Part shown: piece after piece, positions 25,697 to 36,729 of the stretch
Numbering within the stretch: the stretch's first letter is position 1
Layout: every line of letters begins with the position of its first letter
Source of the DNA: Octopus vulgaris
Lineage: Eukaryota
DNA: 64,000 bases
Direction: 5' to 3'
NCBI GenBank assembly: GCA_951406725.2
Contig: OX597831.1
Location: forward strand, 62,062,001-62,126,000
Position numbers and translations under genes: made by a program
Notes under the pieces: model-generated
Seen by the model: only the letters and a program-made list of their open reading frames with translations
Databases searched by the model: none
What the model was told of the DNA's origin: nothing

Positions 25697-26689
25697 AATT
25701 ATGCAGATGGACAAGGCTGATTGTGAAGGCATATAATCACCTAATGGGATAGAAGTTACTAAAATCACTGGATGGGCCTGTGGGAAAGAGGTTTTTCCAA
25801 GAATTCAAGTCAAACTCACAGATATGCCATTTGAGTTCAAACGAACACAATTTCTAGAGCAACTTTGCTTTGCATCGTCTATTAATAAAGCTCAACTTCA
25901 GACTTTGAAATCTACTGGCTTGCACATAATTGAGACTTGCTTTTCTCATGGTCAACTTTATGTTATTTGCACCGGGGTTAGTAGTTTGCAAGTCTTATTT
26001 GTCTATGCTCCAAACCAGAAAATAAAGAATGTTGTTTACCCAAAAGCTCTTAGGTAACTGTTTCATAGTCTCTGTTGCAGCTGTCCATGTCACGTCTTAC
26101 GTAGCCGCGGTCATGATATCGGCATTTTGATACCAGACGCGAATTATCAGTTTACAGTTAACACTTTTCCAAAATTCAGATAACTTCCAGACGTCAATGC
26201 CAGCTAACTTTTTCTCAACTATAAATTCTGTCTTTATGTTCTTCAAAACCGTTGTCTGTTTACCAATATATGAAGTTTTTCCTGAAAAAAGAGGACATAA
26301 AAATCATCCAATTTAGTCCGACCATTCTGTAATTACATATAATTTGCAATGAAAGCTGTTGAGACTTTCCTCAAATTCCTGCAGAAAATTGCGTGTATTT
26401 TTTCAAATTAAGTAACGGAAATGAACTGCTGTAGTTGTTATATGAACAAATATTACGTTCTTAAAACGAACAGATGTTTGTGTAAAGTGAATGGGTTATA
26501 AGTTCAATAAAAACAGGAACGTTATTTTGACCTGTTCATTATGCATAAAACAATCCACACGTGTCTTTATATATTTGAGAGTGTATGTGTATGTAAGCAT
26601 TTATACATATACATGTGCAATTACAACTACGTAAATGGGTACATATACATACATAAATACTTACACACACACAGCGCATACATACACAC

Positions 26690-26766
26690 ACACACATATA
26701 TATGATTGTATGTATATATATATATATATATGATTGTATGTATATATATATATATATATATGATTG

Positions 26767-26806
<40 letters not shown>

Positions 26807-26808
26807 TG

Positions 26809-26855
<47 letters not shown>

Positions 26856-26980
26856 GTATGTATGTATGAATATATATATATATAGCATTATAAAGACACA
26901 TATACATGCATATGTGTGTATGCATGTGTGTGTATGTGTGTGTATGTGTCTGTGTGTGTGTGTGAATGTATATATAAATC
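26690..26980. repeat. Compound microsatellite, (TA)n with recurring tgattgtatg
   Basis: Direct inspection. Confidence 0.9.
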
Positions 26981-27389
26981 AAGACAAACGGGAAAAAAAT
27001 TCGAGAAATCTATAGTAGTAACAAGATACAGATTAAGGAACTAAGGAAGAATAGAGTTATGAAATATGAGTCAATTTCAATAGCGAATTCTGACCATTTT
27101 TCTGTGGTAGAATTTGAATTGAAGAATAAATTTCCCGTACATTTTTTTTCCTTCGTTGTTTTTGCTTTAATATTCATATGTGTGTTTTATACTAAATATT
27201 TCATGTTTCTTTGATTTCAATATTTAGATTTGTAGCTAATATTAACTGACAACTCTACAAGAAAGTGATATATTTCTTTTGAACATTACCTTTGATAGCA
27301 ACTCAATTCTCGTTATCTTCTCAATGTTGATTCATATAAGCACAAAAACACGCAATCAAATGTAATTACGTATATTTCTGTATGTTTCT

Positions 27390-27660
27390 TCTTTTACTTG
27401 TTTCAGTCATTAGACTGCAGCCATGCTGGTGCACAACTCTGGAAGACTTTAGTTAAAAGAATTGCCACCAGTACTATATTTTTAATGCCTGGTACTTATT
27501 CTATCGGCTACTTTTACCGAAACTCCTAAGTTACTGGAACTTAAACACGCCAACACCGGTTGTCAAGCGGTAGTGACAGACAAACGCAGTCTCAAAGACA
27601 CACGGATACATACACAAACGCATATACATATATTGGCTGACGGAGACTGAAAGAAACTAT
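27390..27660 (-). mobile_element. SINE family A 3' half, diverged
   Basis: ttttacttgtttcagtcatt...ccatgctgg...ccggttgtcaagcg. Confidence 0.75.
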
Positions 27661-27731
27661 ATATATATCAACACGGTAGATACGTACATGCATACATACA
27701 TAAATGCATACATACATACAAACAAAATATT

Positions 27732-27907
27732 ACAGTTCTATATTTGAGAGATGAGGAATTATGTAAATTATTTACATTTGACGGATATTTATCCTCATCT
27801 TGTTTGTTGTTAACACAACGTTTCGGCTGATATACTCTCCAGTCTTCTTCAGGTTTCCTGGGAGAAATTTCGAACCTGGGTTATCATTTCTAAGGTATTT
27901 TTCGATA
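27732..27907 (-). mobile_element. Hammerhead-bearing retroelement, 3' part
   Basis: Minus strand ac-CTGAAGA-a-gactg...cagcc-GAAA-cgtt-gtgt; homologous to 28080-28157 and 31862-32028. Confidence 0.75.
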
Positions 27908-27934
27908 TTCTTCTTCTTCTTCTTCTTCTTCTTC

Positions 27935-27968
<34 letters not shown>

Positions 27969-28011
27969 GCATAAAAGTAATAACAATAATAACAACAACA
28001 ACAACAACAAC

Positions 28012-28081
<70 letters not shown>
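27908..28081. repeat. (TTC)n(TTA)n / (AAC)n(AAT)n microsatellites
   Basis: Direct inspection. Confidence 0.95.
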
Positions 28082-28157
28082 TCGAAAAATACCTTAGGAA
28101 TGAGAACCCAGGTTCGAAATTTCCCCAGGACACCTGAAGAAGGCTGGAGAGTATATC
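28080..28157 (+). mobile_element. Inverted copy of the same hammerhead element, truncated inside stem II
   Basis: atcgaaaaataccttagg...gacac-CTGAAGA-aggctggagagtatatc. Confidence 0.75.
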
Positions 28158-28289
28158 TGATGTCATTCAAGAATTGCCAGTGGTTGTACAAGATATAAAA
28201 GTAAATCAGCGGAGGATAAATGCGTGGTAAAAACGAAGGAAATCTTGAAAAAAAAACAGAAACACGAATGTGAATCATTTTTCACTCTG

Positions 28290-29310
28290 CGGCGATGTAT
28301 TAATGTATGCACAAAGAGTGGTATTACCAACCGCACTACAGAAATGCGTATTACATGAATTTCATAGTGGTGTCAAGAATAAAAGCTTTCATTAGGAGTT
28401 ACGTGTTGTGGCCGACAAGGGACCGGGATATTGAAAATTTGGTGAAATCATGTAAAAATTGTGTGCTAGCAGCCAAGGCACCACCAGTGTAATACCAATC
28501 GTGCTCTGAGACAGTTCGTGGTCCAGGGTACATAGAGACTATGCTGGACCAGTGAATGACCGGAAGTATGTAGGTGCATTCAACCTACCTCGAATGCTAT
28601 AATAAAGTCCCTGCACAAACATTTTGCTCTATACGATGTTCCGGAGACCATAGTATCGGACAATGGAACACAGTTTGCAGGATACGAGTTGAAGACATTC
28701 TGCAAAATGTATGCAGTTATACATATGTTTACCCTGCCCTACCAGCCGAAGTCAAATTGGCAAGCAGAACGATTCGTAAATATTTTCAAGCGATCACTAA
28801 AAAGAAGCAACGAACGAGTTAAGAAATGACGAATCGCTGATTAAATTCTTAAGGGTGTATAAAATAATGCTCAATTCAACTACCTGTTCAGTAAAGTCAC
28901 CTGCAGAGCTAATGCTTGCTCGAAAGATAGAATTGATTGCCAGCAAATTGTTGACAAGGATAAAAACGTGTAGAGAAAGTAGAAAAAAATCCAACTAAAC
29001 ATTTTGATGTCGGAGACAAAGTCCATCTCAAAGTATGCGAGAACAGTAAAGAGAGTTGGCAGAACGGTGTAGTGACTAAAAGAATTGGAATGATTATGTA
29101 TTTAATAAAAGACAAACGATGGGAGCATAAGCACACCTAAACCAATTGAAAACTAGACATACAGAAGGAAAGAAGGAAGTTCCATTGGAAGTGTTTTACA
29201 TATTCGATGTGGCAGCACCGAAAGAGATTCAACCTAGAAGGAGCAGCAACATAAAACGTAAACTAACTGAACATTTAGAAATAATTCCTAAGCGGAAAAG
29301 GTACTGAACT
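28290..29310 (+). mobile_element. Ty3/Gypsy integrase remnant
   Basis: LHEFHSGVSRIKAFIRSYVLWP..DRDIENLVKSCKNC (HHCC), WSRVHRDYAGP, PETIVSDNGTQF, SN.QAERFV. Confidence 0.9.
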
Positions 29311-29409
29311 CCATGGAGAAAGAAAATTTCAAAAAGGGAGAAGTGTTGGAAAGAAAAAAAAGAAAATAATTTTCGTTTCGTACAGAAGTCGAAATATCAA
29401 AAGGGGAGA

Positions 29410-29480
29410 TGTTGTGGCGAGAGTCACGACATCCCCTGCAAGAATAGACTTAACCGAACGACTATAAATAGTAGCGCTCT

Positions 29481-29524
<44 letters not shown>

Positions 29525-29719
29525 AGACATTAATTGCAGGAAGTCCTAGGGTGTCGTTTTTGGTAGTTTGTAGGAATATCGTTTAATGGCTCGTGTATAA
29601 TTCATGAAAAATTTGTTGGATTGCTACGTTGTTGTTTACCCAGCTTCGTTATATATTTTTTTTGTTATAACATGGTTATAGTATAAACAGGTATCGTCAT
29701 AAGCAGTGGCGATGCTACA
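29410..29719 (+). mobile_element. Gypsy LTR
   Basis: PPT aaaaggggaga immediately upstream; TGTTG...CTACA termini; tataaata at ~29463; PBS-like tggcgacg at 29725. Confidence 0.7.
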
Positions 29720-30512
29720 ATAATTGGCGACGTTGCAATAGTAACCAGAGCTACAGCATATGAATCCTTTCGCCTTAAGCGTTACTTTTTCATATCTCCT
29801 AACGGATGAACAAGCACCCGCAGAAGACGCCTATGTACAAAATAACGCGGTTATTTTTCTCTCCTAAAATATATTGGAAGCGTTTGACGAAGCAACATTA
29901 CTCAACGAGCGTTCCTGTGCAGATGGATATAATTATAAGATATTAGAATACAGTAATAAACGAAACACAGGGATGAGTTTGTCTCCAGATTATTTTGGTA
30001 CAGCTGTTTACAAGCAAATAAATCTAAAAGTGTGCAAATGAAACAAAGAAAAAAAACACCCAGATATTCCAAAATTCTGAATTAAGCAAAGAGAAATATT
30101 AAATTAGTTTAAGTGGAAAATTCAGCAAGCCACAAATAATTTCACCACCATAAAGAAACTAGTAAACTTTTCGTTCTTGATCTAAGCAAAATTCAACACA
30201 TTGGCAAAAGTTACTCGACCGTGAGAGACTATTTATAATATGACATTCCGAGTCTGCTACAGAGATGTAAATATATGAAATATCTTTAATTAGTTTAACA
30301 CAAAATCAACAGAAATAAAATCACAGACTGCAACACAAGAAGACGAAAACAATTCAACAGCTCACCATAAAGAAAATTACACACATTGAGAAACAAAACT
30401 TTAAAATATATCCATCTTCACGAAAGTAAATTTACAACAAAACAATTCATTCTACCAAAATTTGATGAAAAAGCAAACAGTCTTAATTAGGTTAACAAGT
30501 AAGTTCAGTAAA

Positions 30513-30700
30513 TCTTTATATATAAAAGTGAAGTTGTGTGTCTGTCTCCTACGATTTAGATCCCTAACTACTCCCACATTTGGCGGTGCAGTTTAACGAA
30601 AAGCGGGTATCTTAAAGTCGTGATTCATATCGAGCCCTTCTGGGTACTAGCGCGCGTCTACGATGAGTCTACGATTAAAAAAAAAAATTACCATCATTTT
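30513..30700 (+). mobile_element. Non-autonomous Helitron 5' part (same family as 3207-3502)
   Basis: a|TCtttatatataaaagtgaagttg...gcgcgcgtctacgat matches the reverse complement of 3315-3502. Confidence 0.85.
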
Positions 30701-30711
30701 TACGGTTACGC

Positions 30712-30752
30712 TTTTCGCCCGGCGTGCTAACGTCTCTGCCAGTTTGCTGCCT
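30712..30752 (-). mobile_element. SINE family B head fragment
   Basis: tttcgcccggcgtgctaacgtctctgccagtttgctgcctt. Confidence 0.75.
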
Positions 30753-30981
30753 TTTATCTTTTCCTATCTATATGGTTACATACACATCAGACATCGTGGC
30801 AGGAAACAAACAAAAGCAGCAGATTCTAATTCGCTACTTCCCTAAAATCAGGATTGGGGAGAGAGAAAGAGAGAGAGGGGTGAGAGAGACCGACAGACAA
30901 ACAAACAGAGGGGGAACTCGAAAAAGAGAGAAAGAAAGAGAGCTGTGAAGTCAGTGCGATATAAATACCAGTGGCGCTAAT

Positions 30982-31004
30982 GTATATATATGTATGTATA
31001 TATG

Positions 31005-31090
<86 letters not shown>
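30982..31090. repeat. (TA)n(GA)n microsatellite
   Basis: Direct inspection. Confidence 0.95.
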
Positions 31091-31149
31091 TAAATAGTTA
31101 TGATTGGTTTATGCAGTTACCCAGGGTTTCACGTCCATAAACCGCTTAG

Positions 31150-31680
31150 CTTTACAACGGTCAAACCTTAAAGGCCGGCGGCCTATAACCTCTCTACAAA
31201 ACGGAAGAGGAAAAGGCCTCGGGGGTTAGTTATTGAAGGCATAGACAAAGAAGAAAGGCCAAGCTCAAGGGATTATCTCCCTCAGACCACTATCCGGAAT
31301 CTACCCAGTCAGCTTCCAGGTCCTAAGTTTTCTGTAGGAATTGCCTGGAGTGTATGCAGGGTCCGAAGGCTTCCATTTTGGAAGGTGTCAGCAAGTGAAT
31401 CTAGAACCTGTTCTCTAGCCAAGAAATTTTCGACGCAGCACCCCCCCCCTACAATAACGAGGTCATAGCTTCTAGCTGGTTTAGAGTTCGCATCTCCTAC
31501 ATACCGGGCCCTAACACCTGCGGAAAGAAAGGCGGTCGAAATATCAGTTGGTTTGCCCTCTTCTCCCTTAGCGTAAAATATTCCTTAGGTTAGTAGATAA
31601 GCACTTTAAGCAATCACACCCCTAAGCCACGAATGGTGGCGAGATGCTCATGCAGGGACTACAGCAGATGCCCAGTGGGA
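31150..31680 (-). mobile_element. Unclassified GC-richer retroelement-like 5' fragment
   Basis: Composition only; no motif recognised. Confidence 0.25.
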
Positions 31681-31861
31681 GGGCAACGTGAGTCGCAGCA
31701 GCTTTTAATGTAACTACATCAATAGCAAGAATGGCAGTAATAATGCCAACGGCAGCAACCTTAACGGAAACAGTAGCAGCACCATGGTAACGTTAATAAT
31801 GATAAAAATAATAACAATAACTTCGTCCACTATAACCAATAATAGCTCCACCAACGACAAC

Positions 31862-32028
31862 CTTCATCAGGTGCCTTGGGGAAATTTCGAACCTAGGTTC
31901 TCATTCCTTAGGTATTTTTCGATGTTGTTATTATTATTTTTATTATTGTTATTTAAGTCACACCTTGGAATCGAACTCGGAATCTTGGTGTTAGTAGCCC
32001 ACGCTGTTAACCACAACGCCATATGCCC
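31862..32028 (-). mobile_element. tRNA-headed element joined through (AAT)n to a hammerhead-bearing tail
   Basis: Minus strand gggcataTGGCGTTGTGG...GAGTTCGATTCC, (aat)n, atcgaaaaatacctaagg...gcac-CTGATGA-agg (truncated). Confidence 0.7.
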
Positions 32029-33111
32029 GTGGGCAATTATGGAGCTTATAAATCTAATATTTTCCTATCCTTGCTTAATGCCGTTTCTCCATGCTATTCA
32101 TATCTGCACTCGGTCTGCTTCGGAAGTTGTTGTGTCCTAGCATATGTGCTGCTTCTTCGTATTCATATGTTTTTGTATTTTCCAGTGATGTTCCCTGTCT
32201 ATGTACACTTATAGAGATATGACTCTTGTACCCACTTTCTAACAGCATGGTGTTCTCTTAGTTGATGTATAGGGATATTACATTTACATTCTTTAATTCA
32301 TATGTCTCCAGATACAGAATAATTCATTGGGAATTATTTTGTTTTGGTAAACTAAATCTTTCATACAGCCTGTGTCCTAATACACAAAATGTATAAACTA
32401 CGTATAAAATTGAATCTTTAGTATTTATAGAAATATCTGTTTGTGATAATAGGGATATTTTCAGTAGTTAATAAAAGAAGATTGTCTCTAGTCGGTGTTT
32501 GAACATCAAACATAAGGTGTTCACATGAATACGGATGATTAACTCCGATTGTGATCTACAGACTTATTTTTATTTTTATTATTTTTTCGAGCGACAAAAT
32601 ATTTTATCGCTTTGCGTCTCAAAATAGTCCCAAATCATAAATAAATTTACACGGTCTATTTGATTTTGTAGATAAGTTGTTCTTGTGAGGCAGAAAATGT
32701 ATACAAAAGGAAGTAAATTGGATTGATGTAATAAAATAACCTTCTGCGAAAATTGTTGTTTTAGAGGCCAGGCAGGCGTATGACGATAAGCGCCAAAAAG
32801 AGCCAAACACAATCATACTGAATTTAGATTTGACAGCAGATTTAACGAAACATTTTTTCTTTTATTCCTATTTTGTGATTTATTTGGAAAATACATAGCG
32901 CACACAAAAATATTATAAGATTCCCACGTACCATGTACGAAAATGTTTCGAATATAACTATTCGTCTTCTTGAACCATTGCACCTTTTTATATGGATGTA
33001 ATAAGTACAAGAGAGATGCCAAATAAACGAGAAATAATACAGTAATAACATAAGAAGAATTATGAGTTAATGTCATAAATTCATACGATGAGTAAATAGC
33101 TTTTATTAATA

Positions 33112-33512
33112 GGCGTGGGAGTGGCTGTGTGGTAAGTAGCTTGCTTGCTTACCAACCACATGGTCCCGGGTTCAGTCTCACTGCGTGGCACCTTCAGCAA
33201 GTGTCTTCTACTATAGCCTCGGGCCGACAAAGCCTTGTGAGTGGATTTGCTAGACGGAAACTGAAAGAAGCCCGTTGTATATATGTATATATATATATGT
33301 TTGTGTTTGTGTGTCTGCGCTTGTCCTCCCAACATCGCTTGACAACCGATGCTGGTGTGTTTACGTCCCCGTAACTTAGCGGTTCGGCAAAAGAGAATAA
33401 GTACTAGGCTTCCAAAGAATAAGTTTGGGGGTTGATTTCCTCGACTAAAAGGTGGTGCTCCAGCATGGCCACAGTCAAATGACTGAAACAAGTAAAAGAG
33501 AGTAAAGAGTGA
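33112..33512 (+). mobile_element. SINE family A, full length
   Basis: Matches 5860-6302. Confidence 0.9.
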
Positions 33513-33798
33513 TTCATAATTTTCCATCCACATATATAAATTTTGTGATTTATTAAGATCGACTGATTGTTTTTACTTAGGTCCAGATTGGTTTTGCATA
33601 ATGCATATAACATAAATGTATAGTTTATAGGCATGGCGTGTAGATGTGAACATGACCAGTTACTCTCGACTGGCAACACATCCAAAAGAGTTTCTCCAGC
33701 ACCAACGGAAACTGGAGAGCACCTTGTGAATGGAATTTGGTAAACTGCGTAGAAACACTTCCTTAAAACGTCCCTTGTTGAATGCAATACGTATGTAT

Positions 33799-33901
33799 TT
33801 GATATGGATAAGAGAGCATTAAACTTGATATGGATAAGAGAGCATTAAACTTGATATGGATAAGAGAGCATTAAACTTGATATGGATAACAGAGCATTAA
33901 A
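33799..33901. repeat. 26-bp tandem repeat x4 (ttgatatggataagagagcattaaac)
   Basis: Four head-to-tail copies without spacers. Confidence 0.95.
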
Positions 33902-34054
33902 TTTCTCTGTGTAGAATTTGAGTTCATAAATAAAGGGATTAATGAAAATGCATGATTACTGTATCGCAGAATTTTGTGAATTTGCCAATCTACCCAAAAA
34001 TGTATAAGGTGATTAAATAATCCATTGTATTATAGGATTTTCTACTATTTGATT

Positions 34055-34395
34055 TTTTTCTGGGGAGGTGACATTCGTTCACTTCGAACCCAGTACTCAA
34101 CTGGTACTTAATTTATCGAACCTGAAAGGATGAAAGGTAAAGTCGACCTCGGCGGAATTTAAACTCAGAACGTAGCGGCAGAGGCAATACCTATTTCTTT
34201 ACTACCCACAAGGGGCTAAACACAGAAAAGACAAACAAGGACAGACAAACGGATTAAGTCGACTATATCGACTCCAGTGCGTAACTGGTACTTATTTAAT
34301 CGAACCCGAAAGGATGAAAGGCAAAGTCGACCTCGGCGGAATTTGAACTTAGAATGTAGCGGCAGACGCAATACATCTAAGCAATTCGCCCTCTG
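34055..34395 (-). mobile_element. SINE family B dimer
   Basis: Two cores joined by the long tail ...aaagaaata|ggtattgcctctg. Confidence 0.85.
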
Positions 34396-35260
34396 TTGAT
34401 GGTCCCTCAAATGACTTTTGAGACCAGATGCTGACTGGCAGCTTTTAAAGCAAACGTCTCAGATATTCTTCAAATTTCTTTTACTGTTTTGCTCTTTCAA
34501 ATCTGACTCTGAAGGAAAGTTTTTGTGAACTAGCATATACATTTTAAGATCAGATGTTGTCATATAAATTTTGTGACATATGATACAAGTTATAAGTGGC
34601 TGTTGGGACTCAAGATAATTACGTACTTGACATTTCGATTTCCACGTGACTTCATTTGATTTGAGTATCTTGCCTTTGACAACAGAACACTGTCACACAT
34701 AATACATATCCAATATTCAATGTTGATTTCAGTTCCAGTTGTTCCTTTCTGACAGGCCCTTTTAAGTTCAGAATGTTTTTTCCTCCCAGGTGTTGCAACT
34801 GGTCCTAACAGCACCTCTCCACTTGTTCCAGAGTATCAGTTTCCAAATCACCTTTGTTCATATCTTATTTCTTTAGGTTTTCCTTCACACAATCTTTATA
34901 GCTTATTCTCGGCTTATGCTGTGGCCGCTTACCAGAGTTGAACCTACCATAAAAAAAAACGCTTTGGCAATCGCTCATATTTCATTCAAATAACATGTCC
35001 AGCCCATCTCATTTCCGCCAAGATATGTTGTTCAACTGAGCTAAAACATGCCAAGCACAAAACCAGTGTATCTGATATAAAACATTCCCACTTGACTTCC
35101 CAGATACGTCTGAGGTACTTTTGATAGAATCTCTCCAGTATGTTCATATGATGCCTGAAAGTGGTCCAGGTCTCACTAGAATACAGAAGTTCAGTCAATA
35201 CACACGTCTTATAGACATTGATTCGAGTGTGACGTGGAATTCTTATATTAATCTATATGT
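34395..35260 (-). mobile_element. RTE-clade LINE 3' fragment
   Basis: VYKTCVLTELLYSSETWT...LERFYQKYLRRI...RWAGHVI; GKRPQHKPRISYKDCVK; C-terminal C..C zinc-finger relic. Confidence 0.85.
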
Positions 35261-36014
35261 ACACACATGCACACACATATAAAGACAAAAGAATGGCGAA
35301 TTATATATTACTTAATCAGCTCACATATGTTTTGGATTGTTTGGCAAATTCCCAAAATTCTGCGATACAGTAAAATTCCTATTAATCAATGCTATTATCG
35401 ATCAACTAAGATTCTGCAGTGTTAGAGGAATTTAACACTCTCCCATCCATATCAAACCTATACATATTGCTTAGAATAGAGAACATTGTAAGGTAGATAG
35501 ATAATAGTAAAACTAACAATATTTTACAGTATAATGGGTAAAAAGTTTATTTCTGCAGACCTACTTAGGAAATGTGGTTATCGGGTAGTGATAGACTTAC
35601 GATACTTAGTTTCTTCAATCCCAGCGGTGAACTTGAAGAATATTCATGGCAAAATTCCTACTCCATTGAAACTATTACAGACGAATTCAAATTCACAAAG
35701 GAAGATATTTTATTTGAAAATATGTTTTCCTTAAAAGAATAAATATTTAAAAATTGAAATAATTTAACATGAGTAAGATCAATTAAAACAAAAATAAAAA
35801 TAAATTAAAACAGACATAAAATAAATTAAAACACATATTCAAAATTAAATTCAAAAACAATTAAAAAATATTTAAAGAATCTAACTGCATAATTTAAATA
35901 TTAATAATAATAATAATGTAATAACATAAAAACAACAACTATAAAATGAGCAGGAAGAAGGAGAAAAAGTGAAGGTAACTAAAATATTTGAATAAATTAC
36001 CATATGTACTAAAT

Positions 36015-36622
36015 ATTCATTTCTACTCTAGGCACAGTACCCGGAATTTGGCGGGGGGTGGATCAGTCGATTAGATTGACCCCAGTACTTAACAGGTATT
36101 GAATTTATCGATTTCAAAAGGATGAAATCAAAGTCGACTTCGGCGGAATTTGAACTCGGAGCATAAAGACAGACGCTAAGTATTTCGCCAGGTATGTTAA
36201 CGTTTCTTATTTCTTTATTGCCGAGAAGGTACTGCACACAGAGGGGACAAACAAGGACAGACAAACGGATTAAGTTGATTATATCGATCCCAGTGCGTTA
36301 CTAGTAGTTATGTAATGGACCCTGAAAGGATGAAAGGCAAAGTCGACCTCAGCGGAATTTGAACTCAGAATGTATCGGCAGACGAAATACCTATTTCTTT
36401 ATTACCCACAAGGGGCTAAACACAGAGGGGACAAACAAGGACAGACATAGGTATTAAGTCGATGACATCGACCCCAGTACGTAACTAGTACTTAATTTAT
36501 CGACCCCGAAAGGATGAAAGGCAAAGTCGACCTCGGCGGAATTTGAACTCACAACGTAACGCAGACGAAATACCGCTAAGCATTTCGCCCGGCGTGCTAA
36601 CGTTTCCGCCAGGTCGCCGCTT
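36015..36622 (-). mobile_element. SINE family B trimer
   Basis: Three cores; long-tail junctions at ~36391 (aaata|ggtatttcgtctg) and ~36207 (aaata|agaaacgttaac); last unit has the short tail. Confidence 0.85.
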
Positions 36623-36729
36623 TCGTATCTACTAAATAATGTCTTGTTAGATATACTAAATATACTGAACTGAGAAATGTAGATCCCACTTATTATATTA
36701 GGTTACAATTATAAGTATTCCTTTTATTT

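Larger units (their letters stand above)
23780..26057 (+). mobile_element. Decayed autonomous Helitron, Pif1-family helicase
   Basis: AVRGTAANLL..NQTMH (~24077), WLYEKAILAP, TEFLNSLEP...KIFLKVGVLIMLLRNLD, MPFEFKRTQF...SINKAQLQTL...CFSHGQLYV...KNVVYPKAL. Confidence 0.85.

Noticed and set aside
25824-26057. Host PIF1 gene
   Set aside because: Intronless, frameshifted, SINE-interrupted, with Helitron-type motifs
33799-33901. 26-bp repeat x4 resembling a CRISPR array
   Set aside because: No spacers, no cas genes, eukaryotic context; simple tandem expansion
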